A stretch of DNA of 64,000 nt, from the NCBI RefSeq assembly GCF_009914755.1, contig NC_060947.1; one strand, 5' to 3'. The stretch comes from the human T2T-CHM13v2.0 reference genome, Homo sapiens. The translations under genes and the position numbers were made by a program. Below are positions 34,259-47,368 of the stretch, in pieces (positions within the stretch are counted from its first letter, which is position 1; each line of letters starts with the position of its first letter). Below the pieces are notes generated by a model that was not told the DNA's origin, ran no database searches, and saw only the letters and a program-made list of their open reading frames with translations.

Positions 34259-34919
34259 ACTGCTCAGTCACTGTTTTTCATGAATATTGTAAGTTAATAT
34301 TAGTTGGCTACAAAAGCTTTTGAAGCAAATACAAAAAGGATTTTGGTCAACTATTCAACTTATAATTACCCCAAAAAGGGTCTTTTTCATGAAAAAAAAT
34401 TTTATAAAATTTTGGATTTTGACAAGGCCTTCAATAGAACTTGATTAAAAATACAAGTTGGTGGAACATTCTTGAAGAACAAAATTGATTGTTGTTATAG
34501 CTTTCAATTACTCTTAAAACTTTTGTGGCCTTCCAGAGCTCTTCATTAAATTTTGAGTATTCCTGAAAGAATTAACTCCCACAGTCATTAACCATTAACA
34601 TTTTAATTAAAATTATGTTGTCATATTATTTTACTAATACAATAACATTGCATTAAAACATCTTGATAACAGGAAATCAAAGTCCATAGTTATGGAAGGT
34701 AAGCATGACATCTAAAGGATTATGAAGACTATAAAAACAGAAGAACATAGAGTGGTGCTTAATTTTTCCATTTTTCTTTTAGGTGCTTATGGTGGACACC
34801 TCTCTTTGAACCACTTTCTTCTAAATCAATAAAAGATCAATAAGTAATTGACAAGCTTCTCTCACTTACTGTAAGATAAACTCATAGTCTAGTAATAAGA
34901 CATGAAGGCATTTGCCTCT

Positions 34920-35340
34920 ATTCATTTCAAAATTAAGTATTGAATTTCTGTTATGTCTTTAACAATGTTTTTGCTGCTGAGTATAAAGCAATTAGTATAT
35001 CAGACTGATTACATGGGACTTACATTGTAGTTGGGAATAGGTAGACCATTAAATAGATAGTCTTATGCAAAAAATTGAATTAGGTGATATGAAAAAGAAT
35101 AAAAATATGGTTATTTTAGATTTGGTCGTTAGAAAAAGTTTCTTTGAGAAAGTGGCATTTAAGCTGAAATAACAGTGACAAAAAGGGATCAACCAGATAT
35201 GAATATTTTAGCTGGAAGAAATTCTATTGAAAAGGCCCAAAGGTGGAACAAAGTGTGGCATACTAAAGGACAGATCAGTGTATTTTGAGATTAGTGACTG
35301 AATAACTACTACTTACAAGAGAGTAGCAGGGGCAAGGTGT
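34920..35340 (-). mobile_element. L2 fragment
   Basis: ttcatttc...aagtattgaat...gggacttacattgtagttggg...tctttgagaaagtggcatttaagctga. Confidence 0.65.
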
Positions 35341-35369
35341 TGATTGAGCCTGTGCATAATCTCCATCAT

Positions 35370-35660
35370 TGCTATCATAACCATTTATTCTACTAAACAA
35401 GCACTGAGACAACTGGGGGAAAAATTGTCAGACATTCATAGAATGGGTCATTCTCTCCAGCTATTACTGAGACACACGCACAACAGGAGTTGGCAGAAAA
35501 ACCCACACAAATTTAGGGCCTCAAACAATATTGGGGTTTGATAGTCTGAAGCATGTACAAATATCTCCACCAAATTGAAGAAAAAATTGACTCATCTTGT
35601 ACTGCCTGCAACAAGAAAGAATGTGACATTATTTAAATTTCAGATGCAACATATGGGACT
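35370..35660 (+). mobile_element. Ancient ERVL-class pol (RT) relic
   Basis: The translation LQLLLRHTHNRSWQKNPHK resembles ERVL RT LDLLVRHLRARGWEINPTK; downstream DNA follows the IPSKVKDKLLHL..PTTKKE region. Confidence 0.55.
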
Positions 35661-35669
35661 TTTAAAGTA

Positions 35670-36020
35670 CAGTCATGCCACCTAACAATGTTTTAGTCAA
35701 TGATGGACCATGGACCACACATATGACAGTGGTCTCATAAGATTATAATATTATATTTTTACTTTACTTTTGTATGTTTATATATGTTTAGATTCACAAA
35801 TACTTACCATTGTGTTACAATTGTCTGTATTATTCAGTACCGTAATATGTTATACAGGGTTGTATCCTACTAGTAATAGGCTATATGACATAGGCTAGGT
35901 GCATAAAGGCTATATCACCTATGTTTGTGTAAGGATGCTGTATGATGTTCCCACAATGATGAAATTGCCTACCAATCAATTTCTTAGAACATATCCCTGT
36001 TGTTAAGTGATGCATGACTG
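35670..36020 (+). mobile_element. Tigger3a/MER7A MITE
   Basis: TIRs cagtcatgc ... gcatgactg, TA at the left flank, about 350 bp. Confidence 0.9.
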
Positions 36021-36021
36021 C

Positions 36022-36411
36022 AATCCTAATTAAAATACATATAGGATTTTTCACGTACTTTGAGCACTGATTCTATGACTTATATGAATGAATTATTATT
36101 CAAAAAAATCTAGATAATTTTCATAAGCAGGAATCTGTTAAGAGAAAAGACTTTCCCAACCAGGCATTATTATTCTATAAAGACATTGTAGGCAAAGCAT
36201 GGTACTAGATTATGCAACTTGTTGGAAAAACAAATAAGTACATCAGTGGAATAGAACAGACAATTCATAAATAGACCTATGTGTGTGAACATATGTATTT
36301 ACTAAAGATGACAATTCACATCATTGGGGAAAGAATGCCCTATTTAATTAATGGAGTTGGAATAACTGACTATTTGTTTCAGGAAAGGTAAAATAAATTG
36401 CCATCTCACAC
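36022..36411 (+). mobile_element. Old L1M ORF2 fragment
   Basis: atcagtggaatagaacaga...aaatagacc...tggggaaagaatg...aatggagttggaataactg. Confidence 0.65.
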
Positions 36412-36509
36412 CAGGGCTGATATCTTGTTGACATGGCCCAGTTGTTAATAACTTATGTCCATTCTGATCAGTCAATACCTATAGCACATTAATAGTTCAA
36501 TATTGTTAA

Positions 36510-36720
36510 CTTTCTAAGTTTTAGAAACAATCCCAAACCTACAGAAAATCTCAAGTACAGTATAAAGAACTTTTTTCACCAGAACAATTTGAGAGTGTTG
36601 CCAATATGATGCCTCTTCACTCCCAAATATTTGTTTGTTTCTGACAAACAAGGACATTCCCTAACATAACTACAGTAAAACCACCACAGTCAAGAAAATA
36701 ACATTCATATATCATTACCA
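36510..36720 (-). mobile_element. L1MC4/5-like 3' end
   Basis: tacagaaaatctcaagtacagtataaagaactttttt...aacaaggacattccctaacataac. Confidence 0.7.
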
Positions 36721-36721
36721 T

Positions 36722-37477
<756 letters not shown>

Positions 37478-38852
37478 GATAAAATTTTATCTGCTTCTAA
37501 AGTTGATCTATTTCTTTCCCAACACATACAGGGTTTGCACTCTTTTCTAGATCTGACTATCTTCTATTCTTTTACTTTACCTTTACTTTCTGGCCCAGTA
37601 ATTAGTTTTTCCAATATATTCCCAAATCATTAAGTCCTGAATCTTTCCCAGATTTTCCTATTAGAAAAAAATCTCCTTCGTTTTCCTGAATTGTATAATC
37701 TCAGCCAGAAGATAACCTTCTGTCAGACCAACATTTATCTGAGGATTAAATTTGATTTATTATTATTCTTCCTGCCTCTTCTTTAAAACAACTAATTTTG
37801 TGGTGTTTTCTCTAAAAGTCTATTTTTTGGACATTGCCTTTTAGGTTTTTTAAATTTAATTCTGTATCCTCATTACACAACCATCTGCAATACCAAGCTA
37901 AATGAAATTTTTGTAGTTCAAAAGGAAAGATTAGCAGCCTGCACCTTATAATCACACACAATTTGTCTAGGACTGTCCTAGTAGTCATGCCTTTGCAGTA
38001 GCTAGCTTGCAGGTCCAGGTGTTGCCTGCTACCCTGTACATCCAGTGTGTGATTAAGTACCCCTCTATGCACACTATGGTCTATACCCTTTTGAGGCAAG
38101 GTGTTTCCTTGAAGCCGCCAAGATCCATACCTTTGCTGAAGCCTAAATGGTTATGCTTTTATATAAAAACAGCTGTTTGCTTGCAGATGACAAGTAAACA
38201 GCTCAGGTCAAATTCTCATGGGTAACCCAGTTAGGGCCAAAAGCTGTCACACCCAAGGTTCTCCAATTAACAAGACATTCAACAATTAAAATAAGCAGCT
38301 AAACTGCACAATATAAGCCACTGTAAGATATCAGCTGAATAACTGCCATTCCTGTGAGCAGCGTAGAGGAATGACAGAAAATAAATGAATGAGGTGATAA
38401 GCCCTTGGGCTAAAGAAGCCAGTGTAGTGATTTACTGGTTTTTATATCTGTCAACTAATGACAATTTTTTTTTGAAAAAAGATACTCAAATGAAGTTGCC
38501 AGTATCTTAATTTTTGAAATAAGAACATAAAAAACACAATCACCACCTAATTTCCCCCAGCTCAGAAATGTTATTTTAACACTAAAAAAAAAATTAAATT
38601 AAAACATGCATATTTCCAGAATAAAGAAGAGTCTCTTTCAGTGAATACACTTGCAAATTTTAAAGACAGTTGTCCTGGCTATATCAGAAGCCTTGATCGA
38701 TGTATGCTTTTCTTTTCAAAACTCCACCAATAATTTCTGTCTCAAAGTTCCCAGCAGTCCAACACACTAGAATATACGTCTTCCCTGAATAAAACTTATC
38801 CTTCAAATCTGCAGTGCCTTCTTACTCACAAAATACTGTAAAACCCCTAATG

Positions 38853-39006
38853 CTATGGTTCTTAATCATAACTGAATATTAGAATCATCTCAAGACTATT
38901 TGAAAAATCCCAGTGCCCAGGCTCCATTTGTAGGTGGAGCTTAGACTTCATTATTTTAAAAATATCCCCTGGGCATTTAATGTACTAGAAAGGTTAAGAA
39001 CTAACT
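38853..39006. mobile_element. MER5 (hAT-Charlie) MITE
   Basis: tggttcttaa...attagaatcatct...tgcccaggctcc...ggttaagaacta. Confidence 0.7.
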
Positions 39007-39569
39007 CCTGCCTTGTTGCTAAGTTACCTCCATAGATGGCCAAGACCAAGTGAGAAGACATGCCCTCTGGGAATAGACCTGCTCCCAAGAGAATGGACAG
39101 AGTCACATTTACCTAGTTACTCTCTCTAAACTTTCCAGTTGGATTATGTAAATCTGTCTCTTTCATTTACATACTCTGGATGAACAATATATTTATATCA
39201 AGACCTTCCACTGGTAGGAGTTGCTCTGTCTTCCTGCATGATGAGTTCTGCAAAAAGAGGCTAGCTCATTGCTTTCTTCTACCCTTCTCTATTTATTTGT
39301 CCAGGCACTTTAAACAGTTGTTCTCTAAACCACCTATATACACAGATCTTTCTATTTCGGTGTCCCTGTTGTTATTAGGAGTTATCTAATTAGGTAGTAG
39401 AACTGTTTCAGTATAACCCAAGATACTGACAGTGAGGTGTTTAAATAAGTGATTATCATTTTTCTGAGATTGATCTACATTATTTAACTTCATCCACTTC
39501 TAATTCTGCTGAAGAAGAGGGACCACATTATTTCCTCATCAACAAACACGTTTTTTCTAGGTTAAAACT

Positions 39570-41750
39570 CAGTTTTTTCTTTAGATTTCTATAAACTTTA
39601 GAATCAGCTTCTTAATTCTTTGGAATACCATGTTAAAAATTTTAATGGAGTTTTGTCAGGTTTTTGGACTATGGGTCTTTCCATCATCCATGATGAACAT
39701 AGTATCTTTCTCCAACTACTTAATTCTTCTATTATGTCCTATGAAATGTTTTTGTTGTTGGTGGTGGTGGTGGTGGTGGCTTTTTATTGTTGTTGTTGTT
39801 GTTCCTGAGAAGTTCTTACTACTTTTTTGTTAGGTTAATTTTTATACAGTTTGTAATTTTTGAGGCTAATGTGACTGAGTTTTCATTTCTATTTGACAAT
39901 CAGACATTGCTGATAGTTATCAGTCATCCTATTGATTTATTTGTGCTAATCTTGTATCATGCTACCAATTAGAAACCTTATATTAATTCTAAATGCATTT
40001 TAGTTTACTGTTTTTATAAAGCATAGAAAGTGATATCATGTCCAATAATAAATTTTTTATAACTTTCTAATAGTATATCATCATTTTCTTATCATGTTTG
40101 GCTTAGCTTTTTAGTCCAATATTGAATATTAGTGGATGCGTTACTTCATATCTGATCCTAATAGCAATACTGCAGATGTCTTACCATTAACTGTGACAGT
40201 TGTTTAACCATTGAAATTTAGCAATTGCTTTTGGAGGACAGCTATTGAGATGATCATGTGAATATAGTGATGTAATAAATTACACGAAGTAATTAAATGT
40301 TGATTCACTCTTGCTTTCCTAGTAAAAACATTATTTGGTCATGAATTACTATTGGGTAGCATACAGTTGAACTCTCTATGCTAATAATTTTATTTAGAAT
40401 GTCTGTACTATGTTGATAATTGAGATCTATGATTTTCCTATTTGGTGTTGTCCTTACCTTGTTTGGTTGTCAAGGTTGTTCTAGCCTAATAAATATGTTT
40501 AGTGTCTTCACATATTTTCATATGTACAGAAAGAGTTTACATGTGATGGGAATTCTCTTCTTTAAAGGTTTCGGGTAGGGCATGGTAGCTCATGCCTGTA
40601 ATTCTAGCAATTTAGGAGGTCAAGGCAGGTGGATTGCTTGAGCCCAGGAGTTTGAGACCAAAATGGACAACATGACCAAAACCCATCTCTACAACAAATA
40701 CAAAAAACATAGCTGGGCACGGTGGCATATGCCTGTAGTCCCAGCTACTTAGAAGGCTGAGGTAGGAGGATCATCTGAGCCCAGGGAGTTTGAGGCTGCA
40801 GTGAGCTGTGATCACACCACTGCACTACTGTACTCCAGCCTGGGTGACAGTGCAAGATGCTATCTCAAAAAAAATTTAAAAAATTAAAAATAAAAATAAA
40901 GTTTTGGTAATACTTATTCTGTCTCTTTTATAAATAACTCTAGCAATTTTCTAAAAATTGTGTGAATATTAAGTGTTTACTAATTCAGCCAAATTTAGGA
41001 ATATTTTTTAATAAAATGTATTTATTTTAGGTTTTAAAATAAATCGTTATGAAATTGTATACGTAATTATTTTTTGAAAAACATTTTTGAGTCTGTCTTT
41101 AGTTTCTATTTTAATTTTTCATCATTGACATCTTTTTTACCTTCTTTCTTCTTCTAATAATTTTATTAAAGAAACAATATTTTATAATTCAGCCTTGAGG
41201 TTTTTGCTTATATTGTTAATTACTATTTATTATTATTAATTGCGTTATTTTATTTTTAGTTTATTTTGTTGCCCTTTTTCTAGATTCATGGTTTAAAAGA
41301 GTAGTTTACTTTCAATTAAATGTGAGTCTTAATGAGGGCATTTTTAGCTCTTATTGTTCATGCTTACTTTTCTGTACTTTTCCTATAGGATTTTTATAAA
41401 TGTTTTTATTTTGGTGCATAATAATTTTTCAATGATGTCTATATTAACTTACAAATGGTTTACTAATATCAGTGTGTTTTTAATTTCTAGATGAATTTAT
41501 TTTAGGAAATTACTTTCATTTGTTTACTATTGTTTTGTGATTTGTGAATATGTTTTAGTTTTAGTTTTTTAGATTTTTCTATATTTACATTATGGTCTAG
41601 TAGATAATTAAATTTTTTATACCACATATTTTTAAGACAATATTAATTCTCTATTAGGTCCAAAGTCTGATGTGTTTGTGAAATTTAGCATATACATATT
41701 TTAAAATATACTTGACTTTAAAACTTTTTGAAAATGAATTGCATTTTATT
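39570..41750 (-). mobile_element. Ancient L1ME/L1M5 ORF2 fragments (left part)
   Basis: ctttagaatcagctt...ctattgagatgatcatgtg...tcaaggttgttctagcc; T-rich antisense L1; continues after 52950. Confidence 0.65.
40573..40897 (+). mobile_element. AluJ
   Basis: ggattgcttgagcccaggagtttgagacc and ggaggatcatctgagccc J diagnostics; degenerate A tail. Confidence 0.9.
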
Positions 41751-42037
41751 TTTTTCAAGGTGGCTGAATATTGATGTCAGATGCCAATTCCCCTCAGAGA
41801 GAATATGAAAATTACAGATCAATGGTCATGAAATAAGTTGAAATATCAGGGAAGAGTGACAAAACCTGTTGGAGAATTCAGAGAAAGCAACTGGGCACAG
41901 GAAAGGAAGGCAGCAAGAATCTGGCAGAGATTAACCCCTAAGGTACTTGGAGTCCCGTGGAAAGGATAGGTGGGGGTATTTCTTTGATCCTTTCACTCCT
42001 GTGAGAGACAGTTAACCTCTAAATTGTTTAAGAGCCC

Positions 42038-42506
42038 TGTGGGGGTCTGTCCTGCAGACCCCAGCTGCACGATGGATGAGACACTTACTCAGACACTGAT
42101 ATTCAGTGAAAGAGTGGGCCAGGGGGCTGCCGGCACTAGGAGCTGAAGAGAGTTTGTGGCCTCTCTAAGCTAGCAATGCTCACATTTACTTAGTACAGAT
42201 TTAACTGACAAAAGCTTGAGTCAACACACCTATGGGCAATTAACTTGGTTACCAACCCCTCAAGCAGAGAGCAATTATGCACCTGCGGTTTATCAAAGGT
42301 TGGTCTTAGGACCACATGAGTAAACAAGCTATTTAGATAGACTCCTCTACACTCCTATGTTAATTACCCTTGCTATAGCTCAAAGATGATTAGGCTGCCT
42401 TCAACCATAACTTTATCCTGAGGCTTTTGTGAAAAACCTTCTGGCCTTCCAAGAAGATTTGTGTTTATTTTACAATTTTTCCCACCATCCTGACTGAACC
42501 CCTACA
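42038..42506 (-). mobile_element. LTR22 (HERV-K HML-5) solo LTR
   Basis: TG...CA termini; the minus strand starts tgtaggggttcagtcaggatggtgggaaaaattgt; perfect 6-bp TSD gagccc at 42032-42037 and 42507-42512. Confidence 0.88.
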
Positions 42507-43706
42507 GAGCCCCTCTGACTTCATCCTCACAAACTCATGCAATGTGGTTAGTGGTAATTTGGAAGCTTCCTGGAAACAGAACATTGGGTGACTAGCTTGT
42601 GCAGGTGCACTTGCACTTCCCTCAAACCTCAATTAAGGCAACAGGCACCATACTGGTTATGCACTCATTTTTGGCCACTACCCTGTCCAGGAAATCTCAG
42701 CTCTTGTGTCATTGTATTGCCAGATTCCCCACAAACATACTCAAGAACCCATTCTAAATTTAGGAACAACAGGGGACCAGTGGGACACTAGGGAGCAGCA
42801 GGATTCCTGGAGATCTGTCATATGGTGCAGGCTGCCTGTAGAAGAAAGGAGAGCACAGTCTGCTAATGCACTCCCTGGGACACAGGAAGCATGGGTGCAG
42901 TGTTGATCTCTGAATTAAGGAGCTTTATTCCACCCCAGTGGATAGGCAGCTCCAGTGGCTGGGAATAGATGTAGAGAGGGAGTCCTCTCCTGCTCCCTCT
43001 ATTCACTGCTGCAGATATGGCAAAGGCTTTTCCCACTGAGGGTGCAGATACAGCTTCTCCAGTGCTATTCATGACAGCTTCACCTCTGCTGAAAGGGAGC
43101 CTGCTGCTTCCCAGGCTTGCATGAAGAGTGGGGCTTATCTCCCTTTCCCTACATAGAGTGGCTTCATCCCTGCAACATAGGTCAGACAAGCCACAGAGCT
43201 GTCTGTTTTCAACTAGGGAAAGAGGTTCTGCCTCAAGGCCGTTTTGCCGGTGGCTACCTCACAAGCCTTTTTCATGGACCTCAATTCCACTGTAGCCTGC
43301 AAATAAAAAACAGTGTGTATTTAAATGGAAGGTTGAAACCCCCATGACAGAGGAATAATAAGAAAGTGGATCCTTTTTCTGCCTGCCCAGGAAAGGAAAC
43401 TGGTGCAATCCCCTCCCTGATTCTTTTTACATAGCACACCACATCACAGACTGCTCCCACCTTCCTGGTCAAGGCATGCACTTCCACTCATGATCAGGGT
43501 AACCAAGGGTTGGCTGGCTTTTTACTCTAAAGCTTCACCTACTTCATTGGAGACTGAATTGCACCATCAAATAAAAAATATGCTGACAAAAAGGCATACA
43601 GCAAAGGTATGATAAACTTTCAGAGACCTTCAAACTCTCAGCACTGCAAAAGATACCAAGTTGTCTCATATGCTAAATACATTAAACAGCATTTAAGAAA
43701 GGCACA

Positions 43707-44136
<430 letters not shown>

Positions 44137-45223
44137 TCAAGGGAGAAAATAATTAAAAATAAAAATTTCTCATTTAAATGATATAAAATTTAAAACTAAT
44201 AACTGACAGCTTCTTCAGATAAGAAGAAATCAGTGCAAGAACTCCAGCAGCAGAAAAACACAGAGTGTTTTCACACCCCAAAGGATCACAATAGCTCTCT
44301 ATGAATTATTCTTAACCAAAATGAAAATTCTTAAATTACAAGTAGCAAATTCAAAACACAGATTGTAAGAAAGCTCAATAAGATCAAAAAGAAAGTTGAA
44401 AACCAACACAAAGAAATCATACAAAAAATTCAGGAAATAAAATGAAATTAATGTATTACAACTAAAAAACAAAGACTTCTAGAAATAAAAAAAATTACTG
44501 AAATAATTTGAAAATACTCTTTAACACTTTAGCAATAGAATAGACCAAGAAGATGAAAGAATTTCAGTGTATGAAGACCAGTCTTTTAAATTAACCAAGT
44601 CAGATAAAAATTTTTAAAAAATAAAGAAATGAATGAAGACTTTGAAAAATTTGAGATTATGTAAAGCATCTAAACCTATCATTTATAGACATTACTGAGA
44701 GAGAAGCAAATGTAAAAAATTTAGAAAACATATTTGATGAAATAATTCAGGAAAATTTTTCTGATTTTGCTAGAGATGTAGATATCCAGATACAAGAAAT
44801 TCAAAGACTATCTGGAAGGTACCATACAACAAGAATATCAGCAAGGCATATAGTCATGAGACTATCTGATGTCAACATGAAAAAAAAAAATAAAACCTTA
44901 AAAGCAGCTAGAGAGATGCATTAAACCACCTATAAGGGAAATCTCATCAGACTAAAAGTAGACTTCTTAGCAGACACCCTACAAGACAGAAGGAATTGAG
45001 GTCCTAATTTTAACCCTCTTAAAAAAATCCAGCCAAGTATTTTATATCCCACCAAGCTAAGCTTCATAAATGAAGGAGCAATAAAGCCTTTCCCAGGCGA
45101 GCAAATGCAAAGGGAATTTGTTGCCACTAGACAAGACCTACAATAAATGCTCAAAGGACTTCTACATATGGAAATAAAAGAACGATATTCATCATCATAA
45201 AAGCACACATAAATACAAAGGTA

Positions 45224-45945
45224 CCAGGAAGCACCTGCACCACTGGGCAGGTGGACCAACCCACTCTTGCCACTGGTAGCTGGGAAGGCAATTCTTTCTA
45301 GAGCTTCTGACCTAGTGGTTCCACTTCTGTCTGAACTCAGCCAGGAGAGCAACCTCCTATTTTCCTGGGAAGTACCTGGGCGGCAGGATGGGTGACCGGC
45401 CCACCCCTGCTGCTTGTAGCTAGGCAGGCAATGCCTGTTAGACTTCCACCTCAGGGATCCCTCTTCTGCCTGAACTCAGCTGGAGAATATAGCCTTCTGT
45501 TGTCCCAGGAAGCACCCCGATGGCAGGGCCAGTGAACCCATAAACCCTGACCACTGGTAGCCAGGTGGGCAATGCTTGCTAGTGCTTCCAGCCCAACGCT
45601 CCTTCTTCTGTTTGAACTTAGCCAGAGGGCAAAGCCTTCTGTTTCCCTAAGAAATACTCAGATGCCATGGTGGGGGACTACCCACCTCTGTGTCTTGGAG
45701 ATAAGCAAGCCACACCTTCTGGAGCTTCCAGCACAGCAGACATACATCTGCCTAAATTTGCTGAGAGGTGCAGCTTCCTGTTTCCCCCCAGACATCTTGA
45801 TGGAAGATCAGGCAACTTCATCCACCTCAGCCCCTTATAGTCAAATGGGCCACATGCACTAAAAATTTCTGCACAGCATTCCTGCTTCTACCAGAACTTG
45901 CAGGCAAATGCAAACTCATGTTCTTCCAGAAAGCACTCAGACAGC
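45224..45945 (+). repeat. Degenerate tandem array, about 140-bp unit x 5
   Basis: Unit anchor cc(a/t)ggaagcacc at 45224, 45364, 45504, 45645, 45786, 45926; ctgaactcagc-like motif at 45331, 45470, 45612, 45752, 45892. Confidence 0.85.
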
Positions 45946-47009
45946 AAATTAAGAAAAACCAGGTAAGGATACAGCCTGTCTGCTAACTACAGCCCCTGGC
46001 CTGAGGGAGCCCTGAGGACCAGAATGCCCAACAACAACAAAAAAAAAATGCAGCTGTGGAGACAGTAATTTGACGAGGCTCCTTTAAGACCTAGAAGTGG
46101 ATTAGTATTGAAGCTATTCAACTGAACCCACCTTATGCATGCAAACCCATAAGGGCAACAAATAAGATAAAAGCATTAAAATCCCGTTTGAAAAACATTA
46201 ATTTCAAAGACTGGAGAAACATCAGCCTACACAGAAAGAAGATAAATAACTAGCACAAGAACTCTGGTAACCCAAAAAGCCAGAGTGTTTTCTTACCTCT
46301 ACACGACTGAATTAGCTTCCAAGCAATGGCTTTTAAAAAGGCTGAAATGTCTAAAGTGTAAGAAATATAAATGAGAAAATGGGTAAAAATAATCATCATC
46401 TACATTCAGGAGAAAGATGAAACCCAATCCAAGGAATCTAAGAAATACAATAAAATAATACAGAATATAAAAGATGAAATGGTCACTTTAAGTGACAACC
46501 AAACTAAACTGATAGAGTTGAAACACTCAGTTAAAAATTTTTCAGAATACAATAGCAAATATTAGCAGCATGATTAACCAAGCTGACGAAAGAGTTTCAG
46601 AGTCTGAAGGACAGTTTTCCAAAATGTAAGTCAGACAAAAATAAAGGAAAAACAATAAAGAAGAATGAATAAAACCTCAGAGAAATACAGGATTCTGGAG
46701 AGACCAAATCTATGACATGTTTGCATCCCCTAAAGAGAAGAAGAGAAAGCAAGCAACTCGGAAGACACATTTTCGGATATTGTCCAAGAAATTTTATCCA
46801 ATCTTGCTAAAGATGTCAATATTCAAATTCAAGAAATACAGAGAACCCCTGTGAAATATTACACAAGAAGACACAAAGTCATCAGATTCTCCAAAATCAA
46901 AATTCAAAAAATAGGAAAGGAAGCTAGAGAGAAAATGGCAAAGGAAACCCCATCAGGCTAACAGTGGACCTTTCAGCAAAAACTTTACAAGCCTGAAGGG
47001 TTTGGGGAC

Positions 47010-47368
47010 TGATATGGTTTGGCTATGCCCCTCACCCAAATCTCACCTTGAGTTGTGATAATCCCCACATATCATGGGAAGGACCCGGTGGCAGGTAATT
47101 GAATCATGAGGGCAGGTATTTCCCATGCTGTTCCCATGATAGTGAATAAGTCTCACAACACGTGATGGTTTTATAAATGGGGGTTTTTCTGCAAAAGTTG
47201 TCTTGCCTGCTGCCATGTAAGATATGTCTTTGCTTCTTGTTTGCCTCCTGCCATGATTGTGAGGCCTGCCCAGCCGTGGGGAACTGTGAGTCCATTAAAA
47301 CTCTTTCGTTTATAAATCACCCAGTCTTGGGTAGGTCTTTATTAACAGCATGAGAACAGACTAATACA
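47010..47368 (+). mobile_element. THE1 (B/C-like) solo LTR in L1 ORF1
   Basis: tgatatggtttggct ... gaacagactaataca; TSD gggac/gaggc. Confidence 0.92.

Noticed and set aside
45224-45945. Regularly spaced repeats that superficially suggest a CRISPR-like array
   Set aside because: Whole units are homologous with no unique spacers, the context is a eukaryotic L1 UTR, and there are no cas genes
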